The notes under the pieces are model-generated. The model ran no database searches, had not been told where the DNA came from, and was given only the letters and a program-made list of their open reading frames with translations. Of a DNA stretch of 64,000 nucleotides, positions 46,709 through 56,457 are shown piece after piece (the first letter of the stretch is position 1; every line of letters starts with the position of its first letter). The position numbers were made by a program, and so were the translations under genes. This DNA comes from Candidatus Levyibacteriota bacterium (GTDB lineage: Bacteria; Patescibacteriota; Microgenomatia; Levybacterales; UBA12049), in NCBI GenBank assembly GCA_016182185.1, contig JACOXU010000001.1, positions 466,915 to 530,914 on the forward strand, in the 5' to 3' direction.

Positions 46709-47827
46709 TTAACGAAGACTAAGTGTCTTTCCCCTAAAAGTGATGTTTTTAGGTTTTATTAATACTTGTCTTTTCCCCGTCCTGATGAATCCCGCATCTA
46801 ATACATGCATTGAATGGTTATTTCTTGCTACTTCAATCGCTCTTGCTACATCTTTTGGTGGTAGAAAAATAGCAAATCCTGCTCCCATATTGAAATTCCC
46901 ATACATTTCTTTATCATCATTTCCGGATTGTTCTTGAATAAAATGAAAAACAGAATGCGGGGCAGGAATACTGTTTATAGTATAAGTAAAATCCTCTTTG
47001 GCTCTCATAAGTTTTCTCCATCCATGCCCTGTTATATTAACCATGTAATGAATATCTATTCCTTGTTCAAAAAGATCATTTATTAACTTTGCATAAATGT
47101 AAGTAGGAGTTAAAAGAGCTTCTCCATACGTTGACCCGTCCGGCAGTTCTGTCGCATAGCCTTCAGGCAAATTATCCGTTATTCCTCTTGCAAGAGTTAG
47201 TCCATTTGCATGAATTCCGCTGCTTTCTACTAAAAGAACTCTATCCTCTGATCTTAACTTATCTCCTAAAGTTAATCTGGTTTTGGGTTTTATAATTCCA
47301 GTTGCTGCTCCTAATATTTCACCCGTATTTGGCACAATAACTCCTTTCAATGTTGGGCTTTCTCCTCCACCCCAGGCTGTTCCGGCAAGATCGCAAGCTT
47401 TCCCCCACCCCTCAAGTAAATCTTTTCCTCTCTCTGTATCTTCAAACCAATCTGATGTTCCGCTTCCAACGTACATATTTATTACCTCTGGTTGTGCACC
47501 TACAACAATAAGATCATTTACTATCATGGCGACTGCATCTTGCGCAACTTGGTCATAGTAAGTTTTCCCGGTAATTTCTCTTACTGCATCGGCGACTAAA
47601 TTCTTAGTTCCTAATCCTTCGATGACAAAAGCGGCATAATGATCTCCTCTATCCCAGACAAATGCTGACTCACCACGGCTTGATTCTACTACTCTCATTC
47701 CCATTTTTTTCAGATTTGATGAAGTCTCACGAGCATTTAATTGAGCTAGTCTTTTAAAAGGGTCCATTGCTTCGTAATTGACTCCTGTTGAAGCATAATT
47801 TATGGGCTGGGATTCATTACTAGCCAT
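46709..47827 (-). CDS. PurM-like (AIR-synthase-related) ATP-dependent enzyme.
   Basis: 372 aa: FVIEGLGTKNLVAD and AQDAVAMIVNDLIVVGAQP align with the PurM DGVGTK and VAMCVNDL motifs. The exact family (PurM, HypE or ThiL) was not resolved. Confidence 0.45.
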   Translation of the reverse strand: MASNESQPINYASTGVNYEAMDPFKRLAQLNARETSSNLKKMGMRVVESSRGESAFVWDRGDHYAAFVIEGLGTKNLVADAVREITGKTYYDQVAQDAVAMIVNDLIVVGAQPEVINMYVGSGTSDWFEDTERGKDLLEGWGKACDLAGTAWGGGESPTLKGVIVPNTGEILGAATGIIKPKTRLTLGDKLRSEDRVLLVESSGIHANGLTLARGITDNLPEGYATELPDGSTYGEALLTPTYIYAKLINDLFEQGIDIHYMVNITGHGWRKLMRAKEDFTYTINSIPAPHSVFHFIQEQSGNDDKEMYGNFNMGAGFAIFLPPKDVARAIEVARNNHSMHVLDAGFIRTGKRQVLIKPKNITFRGKTLSLR

Positions 47828-47887
47828 AAAATTGAGGACAGGATTTTAGATATAGTAATTTAAAAATTAGCAGAAATCAATAGCCAG

Positions 47888-49546
47888 CTAAACTTTAAAT
47901 CTTGTGCTGTCGATGGCTTCCTCGCTTTTGGTAAGTATTTCTCTCCAGTTTCCTATCTTCCTAAATATTAAAAGGAATGTCGAGGCTTCTTTTACATCAA
48001 AAAGCCATGTTAAAAAAAGATAAAGGGAAAGTCCAGCAAAACTTGAAATTCCGGTAAGCATAAGAAGATTAATAGTCCTTGTTGTGTCAAAAATAAGCTG
48101 GTCCAAAAGTTTTATAGGAATGTACAAAGCAAATCCCGTAAAAAAAGTCGCCAAAAATATTTTTGACATTGAGAACATAAACTCTATTTTTCTAAATCCA
48201 CCCACTTTTCTGTCAAGAAGTATCAGTGACAAAAGTAAATTTATAATCGCGGCAAGAGAAAAAGAAAGCGCAAGACTTTCAACCCCTAATTGGTAAACAA
48301 AAATAAAAAGATAGCTTAATAAAATCATCAGACCTGTAGTTGCGGTTCCTATAACAAGCGGAATCTTAGTATCATGAAGAGCATAAAAACCGCGAGACAC
48401 TAAATAAATCAGGGATTGTGCAAAAATCGAAATACTAAAAAAAGCCAGAGTTCTTCCAGTCAGAACAGTAGCTGGCCAGTCAAATCGAGAAGCACCATAA
48501 ATAAGACGGACCAATGGGATCCTCAAAACCAGAAATAAAACTGAAATTGGAAGAATTAGATAAAGCATCTGATTAAAACTGGTTACAAAAGTTGCTTTGA
48601 ATTCCTCTATTTTATCTTTTTCTCTGGATAATACCGGGAATGCCGCTTGAGCAATCGCGTTTCCAATGAGCGTGACCGGTGCAAAGGCAAGTGTCTGAGC
48701 AAGATCAAAGATTACGTATTTTCTTCCAGGATCAGAAAGATATGAAACAAAAGTCACGGTAAGCAAGGTCCCCAACTGAAAAATAGCAATCGAAAAAGTT
48801 CTTGGCCACATTAATTTAAAAACCTGTACTATGCCTTTATCTTTAAAAGACAGGGAAGGTTTAAGAGAAAATTTTACACTTCTTATGAGCGGTATTTGAA
48901 CTATGAAAAAGATAAATGCGCCTAAAATTACACCATATGCAGCTGAATATATGCCTACTGAAGAATTAAGAAATAATATTCCAATGATTATTCCTAAATT
49001 ATATAAAGCAGAAGCAAATCCCGGAACAAAAAAATGATTATGCGATTGAAGAACCGCTGAAAAAAAACTTCCAACCATAAAAAGGAGTTGTCCGATTATA
49101 ATAAGTCTCATCAAATTTGACATAAGATGTAGCTGTTCATCGGAAAAACCCGGAGCAATAAGTTTTGAAAAATTAAATGCAAAAATAAAAAGAATAATGG
49201 CAAGTACGGAAAATGCAATTAAGCCAAGTGTCAGTAGATTTGATCCAAGCCTGTGTGCTTCTTCCTCTTGTCCTTTTCCCAAATAATCAGAAAAAACTGG
49301 AATAAGAGCGGAGGATAATGCCCCTGCAATAATAAGCTGAAAAAGAAAATCAGGAAGTCGGGTTGAAATAAAATAAACTCCGAGAGTGTTTGAGGCACCG
49401 AAAATAGAAACGAGAAGTCTCTGCCTGATGAGTCCTAATATTTGCGACAGGATAATCGTTATCATGATGATAAAAGCAGCTTTCAAAATGTTTGTCTGGC
49501 GGGCAAGTAAAACGCTGAGGCCTTTTTTGATTAAATTTTGGGGCAT
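47888..49546 (-). CDS. murJ: Lipid II flippase MurJ/MviN.
   Basis: 552 aa with ~14 TM helices and an N-terminal region ILGLIRQRLLVSIFGASNTLGVYFISTRLPDFLFQLIIAGALSSALIPVFS typical of MurJ. Confidence 0.8.
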   Translation of the reverse strand: MPQNLIKKGLSVLLARQTNILKAAFIIMITIILSQILGLIRQRLLVSIFGASNTLGVYFISTRLPDFLFQLIIAGALSSALIPVFSDYLGKGQEEEAHRLGSNLLTLGLIAFSVLAIILFIFAFNFSKLIAPGFSDEQLHLMSNLMRLIIIGQLLFMVGSFFSAVLQSHNHFFVPGFASALYNLGIIIGILFLNSSVGIYSAAYGVILGAFIFFIVQIPLIRSVKFSLKPSLSFKDKGIVQVFKLMWPRTFSIAIFQLGTLLTVTFVSYLSDPGRKYVIFDLAQTLAFAPVTLIGNAIAQAAFPVLSREKDKIEEFKATFVTSFNQMLYLILPISVLFLVLRIPLVRLIYGASRFDWPATVLTGRTLAFFSISIFAQSLIYLVSRGFYALHDTKIPLVIGTATTGLMILLSYLFIFVYQLGVESLALSFSLAAIINLLLSLILLDRKVGGFRKIEFMFSMSKIFLATFFTGFALYIPIKLLDQLIFDTTRTINLLMLTGISSFAGLSLYLFLTWLFDVKEASTFLLIFRKIGNWREILTKSEEAIDSTRFKV

Positions 49547-49582
49547 ATTGTAATTTAAAGTATAGCATGGTAAAATCGCGCT

Positions 49583-49876
49583 ATGCCAGTGATAAAATCA
49601 GCTCAAAAAAAATTAAGAAAAGACAAAAAAAGGACACAAGAAAATAAAAAATTAAAAGATAGCTTTAAATCTGCTCTGAAAAAAGCACTTAAAACGCCGA
49701 CGCAGAAAACAATTACCCAAGCAGTTAAATTAACTGATAAAATGGCCAAAAAAAACATAGTTCATAAAAACAAAGCAGCAAGAATTAAATCCAAATTATC
49801 TAAATTAATTAATAAACCTGTCAAAAGGACAAAAGAGGCCTCTAAAAAATCCTCAAAAAGAACTAAAAAATCCTAA
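49583..49876 (+). CDS. rpsT: 30S ribosomal protein S20 with a basic C-terminal extension.
   Basis: 97 aa: MPVIKSAQKKLRKDKKR...NIVHKNKAARIKSKLSKLIN matches S20. Confidence 0.8.
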   Translation: MPVIKSAQKKLRKDKKRTQENKKLKDSFKSALKKALKTPTQKTITQAVKLTDKMAKKNIVHKNKAARIKSKLSKLINKPVKRTKEASKKSSKRTKKS

Positions 49877-49922
49877 AAATTCCTTTGACAAAAGGGAAAA
49901 AAATCCCTAGACTAAAAGTGAG

Positions 49923-50477
49923 ATGCCAAAGCAACGCCGCTTGATAAATCTACTTAAAGCAAAAGAAATTTCATTCTTGGATAAATTCCTCACTTGGGCT
50001 CTGACGATCGGAAGAATGGTCGTTATAATAACGGAAATTATCGCTTTGTCTGCATTTCTCTATCGATTTTCACTCGATAGACAACTAATCGATCTTCATT
50101 CAGATATAAGAGCAAAGGAAGCTCTAGTAAGCTCCCTTAAAAATAGTGAGGAGACTTATAGAAATTTACAAGATCGTCTTGCAACTGCAGCAATTTTTTC
50201 AAAAACGGGAGAAGAAGAATATACTATATTTAAAGACATCGTAAGCTTCATCCCGCAAGGGATGAAGCTTGATCAAGTTTCAATTTCCCACGATAGAATT
50301 CAAATTGATGCAAATTATCAATTCATCTCAAGCCTAACTGCATTTATTAACGCTCTTAAAGGGTACCCTAAGATAAGTTCTGTGAATATCAACAAGATTG
50401 AAAATAAATTATCTACTGCCGTAATAAGCGTTGGAATAACTGCCTCTATTGCTCAGGATAATAATTCTAATGAATAA
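49923..50477 (+). CDS. pilN: Type IV pilus assembly protein PilN-like.
   Basis: 184 aa with the N-terminal RRLINLL motif (PilN INLLP-type PilM-binding motif), one TM helix and a periplasmic domain. Confidence 0.5.
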   Translation: MPKQRRLINLLKAKEISFLDKFLTWALTIGRMVVIITEIIALSAFLYRFSLDRQLIDLHSDIRAKEALVSSLKNSEETYRNLQDRLATAAIFSKTGEEEYTIFKDIVSFIPQGMKLDQVSISHDRIQIDANYQFISSLTAFINALKGYPKISSVNINKIENKLSTAVISVGITASIAQDNNSNE

Positions 50478-51090
50478 AACAAACAAAATTAAAGAAACTT
50501 TCAAAAATATAAAAATTAGTAAATATTTTGAATTGCTACCAGATTTCAAAAATGAAAATGCTCAAAAATTTACAAGTCTTGTTCTAACTATTGTTGCCTT
50601 ATCGTTTTTAGGTTTGTTTGCCGTTGGCCCTACGCTCTCAACTATTGCCCGGTTAAATAAAGAGTTGGCCGACAATAAAAGAACAGATCAAGAGTTACAG
50701 CAGAAAATATCAAACTTGTCTATCCTTCAGCAAAAGTACAATTCCCTACTCGGAGATTTGCCTGTTATTCTTTCTTCCATTCCTAGTAATTCCGAAGTCC
50801 CGCTTTTCCTTGCTCAAATTCAATCGCTGGCAAGATCTTCGGGGATTGAAATTACATCTTTACAGAGTTTTCAAATTGAAGCAGTAAGTCCCAAAAATAC
50901 AAATAAAAAATATTCTTCTTATTCTTTTACATTTTCAGCCAATGGTTCTTACGAAAACATATCAAAATTTATATCATCACTTTTGACTATGCAAAGGATA
51001 GTATTGATTGATAATTTGTCGATAAGTAAAAGCAACCAGACAGGACTTTTACAGACAACTCTTAGGGGAGTCGTGTATTTCAAGGAGTAA
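50449..51090 (+). CDS. pilO: Type IV pilus assembly protein PilO-like.
   Basis: 213 aa with one TM helix, a coiled coil and a C-terminal domain, overlapping pilN by 29 nt in operon fashion. Confidence 0.45.
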   Translation: MLRIIILMNKTNKIKETFKNIKISKYFELLPDFKNENAQKFTSLVLTIVALSFLGLFAVGPTLSTIARLNKELADNKRTDQELQQKISNLSILQQKYNSLLGDLPVILSSIPSNSEVPLFLAQIQSLARSSGIEITSLQSFQIEAVSPKNTNKKYSSYSFTFSANGSYENISKFISSLLTMQRIVLIDNLSISKSNQTGLLQTTLRGVVYFKE

Positions 51091-51094
51091 TTAA

Positions 51095-51448
51095 ATGAAA
51101 CAACGAGACATATTGTTAATTCTAATTCCTACTCTTTTTTTGGTAGTTTTATGGGTAATCTTTAATATTTATCATAATTCCGTCAATAGCACGGTCTCAA
51201 AAAATATCGCAGCGGAGGTAGTTCCGATTGATCCTGATTTTGATTTTCAAACAATAGAAAATCTTAAAAAAAGAGATATAATTCAACCAGTTTATGAGTT
51301 ATCACCTGTAACTACTCCCTCTTCACCAATCAATGTAATTAATCAGGCAACTTCTTCAGCAACTGAGGAACCGGCAAATATAACTGCCCCGATAGAAATA
51401 CCAATTGAAACCGAATCCGAGCCTTCGCAAGACATAACTTCACCATGA
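51095..51448 (+). CDS. Small TM-anchored secreted protein with a Ser/Thr/Pro-rich tail (possible PilP-like).
   Basis: 117 aa with an N-terminal TM helix, placed between pilO and the FN3 protein. Confidence 0.3.
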   Translation: MKQRDILLILIPTLFLVVLWVIFNIYHNSVNSTVSKNIAAEVVPIDPDFDFQTIENLKKRDIIQPVYELSPVTTPSSPINVINQATSSATEEPANITAPIEIPIETESEPSQDITSP

Positions 51449-52806
51449 GATACTCATTCTGGAATAAGAGAATACCTACCATTCTGGGTTTAATCTTGCT
51501 TTCTGTTGGAATAGGAATTACCACATTTCTAGCTGGTAAGGGAGTGAACCTTACAAGTATTGCTGGTCCCTCCGAAGTCCCAACCGATATTAGAATAACG
51601 AATATAACCGACTCCTCTTTCACAGTTTCTTATGCTACGACTGATAATGTTTTAGGGTCTGTAAATTTCGGAAGGGACAACAATATGGACGGGATTGCCT
51701 TTGATGATCGGGACCAAAGTAGCAATACTCCAACTCAACACAAAATACACAGTATCACAGTAAAAAATCTGACTCCTTCATCTACTTATCACTTTTCTAT
51801 AAAATCGGGATCTGAAACATTTTTACAAAACGATTCCCCATTTACTGTAACGACAGCATCCCCTATCGAAGGCTCGGTGCCAGAAGAAAAAAATCTCACC
51901 GGAAATTTAGTTCTACCTGATGGTAATGTTCCTAAAGAGGCAATAGTATATCTTGCGTCTTTAGAAACTCAAGCAATTTCTAGCATAGTTCAGACTGATG
52001 GCACTTATTCATTGCCTTTAAGCTTCTTGCGAAATAGAGATCTCTTATCGTATTTTTTTACTTCGGAGAGTACGGTTTTTGATTTACTTATTAAAGGAGA
52101 TAATTTGTCTTCAGGCATCAAAATATCTGGACAGTCAAATAAAATTCCGACTGTTACTTTATCAAACGATTACGATTTTACTCAAAATATTAGCCCTATA
52201 ATTACTCAACCTGCATCATCACTTCTCCCAATACCCTTGTCTTCCATTTCTTCGGATAATCCAGTAATACTAATTCCTAAAAAAAATCAAGGATTTACAG
52301 ATCAACAGCCGCGATTTAGCGGAACAGCACCTCCGAACAGCGAAGTTGTGATCGAGATTCATTCCGAAGAGGCAATAAAAGCCCAGGTCCTAGCGGATGT
52401 AAGCGGAAACTGGACATACCGTCCGCCTAACCCTCTCTCACCAGGTGAGCATACAATAACAATTATTACTCGGACTGCCTCAGGAATCTTAAGAACTGTG
52501 ACTCAGTCATTCGTAGTATTTGCTCAAGGAGAACAGGTTCAGGAATCGGCTACTCCATCTGCCACTCCAACCATAACCATATCTGTTAATCCAACTCAAA
52601 TGCCTACGCAAGCTCCCACAATTACAACTGTCCCTACTATCACAGTGGTTCCTACTCTTCCTCCGGTTGCTTCTGTCTCTCCCACAATTCCGCCTATTCC
52701 GCCTCCTGGAAATTCAACCGCAGTAGCTGTCGGTATTTTAGGTATAGTAACGACTGTTGTTGGTATGCTATTATTTCTTCTCTCCCGCGGCAACATATCC
52801 TTATGA
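51445..52806 (+). CDS. Surface protein with a fibronectin-type-III domain, Ig-like domains, a PT-rich linker and a C-terminal TM anchor.
   Basis: 453 aa. DIRITNITDSSFTVSYAT...STYHFSIKSG is FN3-like, followed by PTITTVPTITVVPTLPP and a terminal hydrophobic helix. Confidence 0.45.
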   Translation: MRYSFWNKRIPTILGLILLSVGIGITTFLAGKGVNLTSIAGPSEVPTDIRITNITDSSFTVSYATTDNVLGSVNFGRDNNMDGIAFDDRDQSSNTPTQHKIHSITVKNLTPSSTYHFSIKSGSETFLQNDSPFTVTTASPIEGSVPEEKNLTGNLVLPDGNVPKEAIVYLASLETQAISSIVQTDGTYSLPLSFLRNRDLLSYFFTSESTVFDLLIKGDNLSSGIKISGQSNKIPTVTLSNDYDFTQNISPIITQPASSLLPIPLSSISSDNPVILIPKKNQGFTDQQPRFSGTAPPNSEVVIEIHSEEAIKAQVLADVSGNWTYRPPNPLSPGEHTITIITRTASGILRTVTQSFVVFAQGEQVQESATPSATPTITISVNPTQMPTQAPTITTVPTITVVPTLPPVASVSPTIPPIPPPGNSTAVAVGILGIVTTVVGMLLFLLSRGNISL

Positions 52807-54089
52807 AAATCGCGATAATCGGGGCTGGTTTTACCGGTCTTTCAGCTGCCTTTGAATTAACAAAGAAAAAACATAAGGTTTCGGTCTTTGAAAAAGATAA
52901 CAATCCGGGCGGACTTGCTGTTGGTTTTGAAGAAAAAAAATGGAATTGGTCGCTTGAGAAACATTACCATCATTGGTTCACCAATGACCATAATGTCCTA
53001 GGCCTTGCAAAAGAAATAAAATTTGATGTTATAACTGAACGACCTAAGACTTCCATTTTTTTAGACAACAGCATATATCAGCTTGATTCTCCGATGAATG
53101 TTTTGACTTTCCCTCGTATATCTTTCTTTGACCGACTAAGAATGGCGGGAGTATTAGGATTTCTACGTTATAACCCTTATTGGAAAATGCTTGAGGGTAT
53201 AAAAACAGATAGATTTTTACGAGAGGCAATGGGAGAAAATGTATATAAAAAAATTTGGGAGCCACAGCTTAAAAATAAATTTGGAAATTATGCCAATGAC
53301 ATTGCTCTTTCTTGGTTTTGGGCAAGAATTAAGAAAAGAACTCCAGCACTTTCCTATCCTCAAGGCGGATTTTTGCAGTTTGCCGAAACTCTTGTTGCTA
53401 AAATTAAAAAAAACGGCGGCAAATTTTACTTCAATACAGAAGCAAAAGAAATTAAAAATAATACAAGGGTAAATATTAAATATAAAATGATCAATGATCA
53501 ATGGTCTTATGAAGATTTTGATGCGGCAATAGTTACTTTACCATCTTTCTTCTTTGTAAAAATAGCGCCGGGTCTCCCAGAGAATTACAAAAAAAAATTA
53601 TTATCTCTTAAGGGATTGGGGGCAATAAATTTATTGCTTAGACTCAAGAAAAAATTTTTAACTGACGATACATATTGGCTAAGTATCTGTGATCGAAATT
53701 CGCCAATTATGGCTATGGTTGAGCACACAAACTTCATGGATAAAAAGTTTTATAACAATGAGCATATTGTTTATCTGGGTAATTACTTGTCTTTTGATCA
53801 TCCATACATGAAAATGACTAAAGATGAACTCCTGAAAATTTATCATCCTTTTCTTAAAAAAATAAACCCCAATTATCAACTTTCAATTATCAATTCTCAT
53901 CTTTTCAAAACTCCATTTGCCCAGCCGATTATTCCGATTAATTATTCCAAGAAAGTTCCGCCTTTTGAAACTCCTTTTAAAAATGTTTACCTTGCAAATA
54001 TCCAGCAGGTCTATCCCTGGGATAGGGGCACGAACTACGCTGTAGAACTTGGCCAGAAAATCGCAAAACTTATAACAATTAAACAATGA
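52803..54089 (+). CDS. FAD-dependent oxidoreductase of the amine-oxidase/UDP-galactopyranose-mutase-like class.
   Basis: 428 aa with the Rossmann motif MKIAIIGAGFTGLSAAFEL. HYHHWFTNDHNV resembles the Glf HxFHTND motif. It is embedded in a glycosyltransferase locus. Confidence 0.45.
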   Translation: MKIAIIGAGFTGLSAAFELTKKKHKVSVFEKDNNPGGLAVGFEEKKWNWSLEKHYHHWFTNDHNVLGLAKEIKFDVITERPKTSIFLDNSIYQLDSPMNVLTFPRISFFDRLRMAGVLGFLRYNPYWKMLEGIKTDRFLREAMGENVYKKIWEPQLKNKFGNYANDIALSWFWARIKKRTPALSYPQGGFLQFAETLVAKIKKNGGKFYFNTEAKEIKNNTRVNIKYKMINDQWSYEDFDAAIVTLPSFFFVKIAPGLPENYKKKLLSLKGLGAINLLLRLKKKFLTDDTYWLSICDRNSPIMAMVEHTNFMDKKFYNNEHIVYLGNYLSFDHPYMKMTKDELLKIYHPFLKKINPNYQLSIINSHLFKTPFAQPIIPINYSKKVPPFETPFKNVYLANIQQVYPWDRGTNYAVELGQKIAKLITIKQ

Positions 54090-55768
54090 GGCAATTTAAC
54101 AATCTCTTGAATGTAAAACGCTCTTTCAAAATTATTAAAAAAAATGCATTAGAGATTTTATTTGTAATATCTTCTTTAGTCTTCAGTTTTTGGCTCATGT
54201 TCTCTACCTTTTCCTACCAAAACGGGTCATTTCGGATATCATCAAAAGTATGGAGCGATTTTGCCAGTGCCCTTCCATTAATTCGTTCATTCTCCCAAGG
54301 TGCAAATTTTCCCCCAGAATATCCATTATTTCCCGGAGAGCCAATTAGATACCACTTTCTTTTTTATTTAATGGTTGGAGGATTGGAAAAAATCGGATTT
54401 CCGATAGATTTTTCCTTAAATATTTTAAGCAGCATTTCATTTTTATTCTTAATGATGATGATTTATTTATTGGCAAAAAAAATGTTCAATAGCAAATCTG
54501 TTGGAATATTGTCGGTCGTTCTTTTTCTATTCAATGGATCTCTATCTTTTATTGAGTTCTTCAGGCTTCATCCACCGTCATTAAATACAATCAATGATAT
54601 TATCATCAACGTAAATTTTCCTTCTTTTGGACCCTATGATGGTAAGATCGTCTCTGCTTTTTGGAATTTAAATATTTATACCAATCAACGACATTTGGCT
54701 CTTTCCTTCGCATTATTATTATTTTTAATATACCTAAACTACCCAACTCAATTTTTAAAAAAGAATATTTTTTTAATATCGATCAATTCTTTTCTAGTAG
54801 TAACTCTTTTTTTTCTAAATCAACCTGCATTTATGATTGCCCTTCTTTTTCTTCTATTTTTCTTAATTTTTGAAATTAAAAAAATATTAAATTTTGGTAT
54901 CCCATTTGTAATCGGCGTGATCTTATTTTTTATTTATTCACTTTCCTTTTCTTTACAAAGCTTGAGTTTAAGATTAGGATTTTTAACCCCTGCCCCCCTA
55001 AATGCGATATCTTTTCTTAATTATTGGATAAGTAATTTCGGTTTATATCTTATTTTGATACCGGTTAGTTTTTTAATAATTCCCAAAAAATTAAGGTTAT
55101 TCCTGCTGCCTTTACTCGTACTTTTTCTGGCCGGAAATCTTTTTCAATTTTCAAGAGACATTATAAATAATCATAAGTTTTTTAATTTCATTCTAATTGT
55201 CGGGGGGATTTTTGTCAGCAATCTAATAGTTTCTGTTTGGAAAAAAGGGAAAATTATAAATAAAACAGCTTGTGTAATTATTTTTACAGTTCTTGTTCTA
55301 TCTGGGATTATTGATCTTATGCCTATCAAAAATGATAGCATAATAATCATGCAAGATGCGCCTAATAATCCAGACATTGCTTTTATTTTAAACAACACAA
55401 ATCCAAAGGATATAATTTTAAATAGCAGATTTTTATATCACCCTGCTTCCCTAGCAGGAAGACCAATTTTTTATGGATACCCTTATTTTGCCTGGTCTTA
55501 CGGATATAACACCCAGGAGCGTGAAAGGATTTATTTAGAAATATTTAGATCGCCGTCAAAACAAACGGCATGCAATCTGCTTAAAAAGTACAACATTTCG
55601 TATATTGAGCTGAGTGATGTTCCCGAGGAATTTATAAATCCCAATCTGGATTTATGGGAGAAAGAATTCAAAAAAATATACTACAATTCTTCGAGTGATT
55701 ATGCCTTATATGATGTGGCTGATTCCTGTTTATCTATAAATTCCTCTCAAACTATTAAATCTAATTAA
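54086..55768 (+). CDS. Large polytopic membrane protein, putative GT-C glycosyltransferase.
   Basis: 560 aa with more than 12 TM helices and no soluble domain, in operon with the Glf-like gene. Confidence 0.35.
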   Translation: MRQFNNLLNVKRSFKIIKKNALEILFVISSLVFSFWLMFSTFSYQNGSFRISSKVWSDFASALPLIRSFSQGANFPPEYPLFPGEPIRYHFLFYLMVGGLEKIGFPIDFSLNILSSISFLFLMMMIYLLAKKMFNSKSVGILSVVLFLFNGSLSFIEFFRLHPPSLNTINDIIINVNFPSFGPYDGKIVSAFWNLNIYTNQRHLALSFALLLFLIYLNYPTQFLKKNIFLISINSFLVVTLFFLNQPAFMIALLFLLFFLIFEIKKILNFGIPFVIGVILFFIYSLSFSLQSLSLRLGFLTPAPLNAISFLNYWISNFGLYLILIPVSFLIIPKKLRLFLLPLLVLFLAGNLFQFSRDIINNHKFFNFILIVGGIFVSNLIVSVWKKGKIINKTACVIIFTVLVLSGIIDLMPIKNDSIIIMQDAPNNPDIAFILNNTNPKDIILNSRFLYHPASLAGRPIFYGYPYFAWSYGYNTQERERIYLEIFRSPSKQTACNLLKKYNISYIELSDVPEEFINPNLDLWEKEFKKIYYNSSSDYALYDVADSCLSINSSQTIKSN

Positions 55769-56452
55769 TATCAAATCTATTAATGATCTGATAATATCTT
55801 CCGGAAACTTTACTTTTGTATTAATATTATGAGACCAGCTGATAGGAGCTTCATAAATTTTGTGTTCTAACTTGTTTGCAATAAAGAGTATTTCTGAATC
55901 AAATCCCCATCTGTTAATTCTTGATTTTTGGAAAATTTTTCCTGCTGCCTTTTCTCTGAACATTTTAAATCCGCAAGTGAAATCTGAAATTTCAAGAGAT
56001 AGAGTTTTTTGTGACAAAAAAGTAAAAAATCTTCCCATAAGTTCTCGTATGATTGGTTGATGAAGAATTATTTTGGATTTTGCAACTCTCCTTGAACCTA
56101 TTACAACTTGATTAAATTCTGCGAATTTCATCAATTTGCTACACTCCTCAATTGGAACAGAAAGATCAATATCAGTAAACAAACGAAGTTTTCCCTGAGC
56201 CTTAAGCATACCGATCTTCACCGCATATCCTTTTCCCTTATTCTCTTTGTAGGAAATTATTTTAAATTTCAGTTTTTTTCTCAAATCATCCAATATGTTT
56301 TTTGTACTATCATTACTTCCATCATTTACAACAATTAATTCTGTTTTAACTTTTAACTTCTTCAAATAAGAAGCAATCGTCGATAGATTATCTAATCGAT
56401 TAGACTCGTTATAAATAGGAACTATAATTGAGAGGTAGGGTTTTTCCTTCAT
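55730..56452 (-). CDS. Family-2 glycosyltransferase, polyprenol-phosphate sugar synthase (DPM1/GtrB-like).
   Basis: The likely start is MKEKPYLSIIVPIYNE, 30 codons inside the ORF-track start. Also present are VVNDGSNDST and DIDLSVP. Confidence 0.7.
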   Translation of the reverse strand: MKEKPYLSIIVPIYNESNRLDNLSTIASYLKKLKVKTELIVVNDGSNDSTKNILDDLRKKLKFKIISYKENKGKGYAVKIGMLKAQGKLRLFTDIDLSVPIEECSKLMKFAEFNQVVIGSRRVAKSKIILHQPIIRELMGRFFTFLSQKTLSLEISDFTCGFKMFREKAAGKIFQKSRINRWGFDSEILFIANKLEHKIYEAPISWSHNINTKVKFPEDIIRSLIDLILIRFNSLRGIYR

Positions 56453-56457
56453 GTTCT

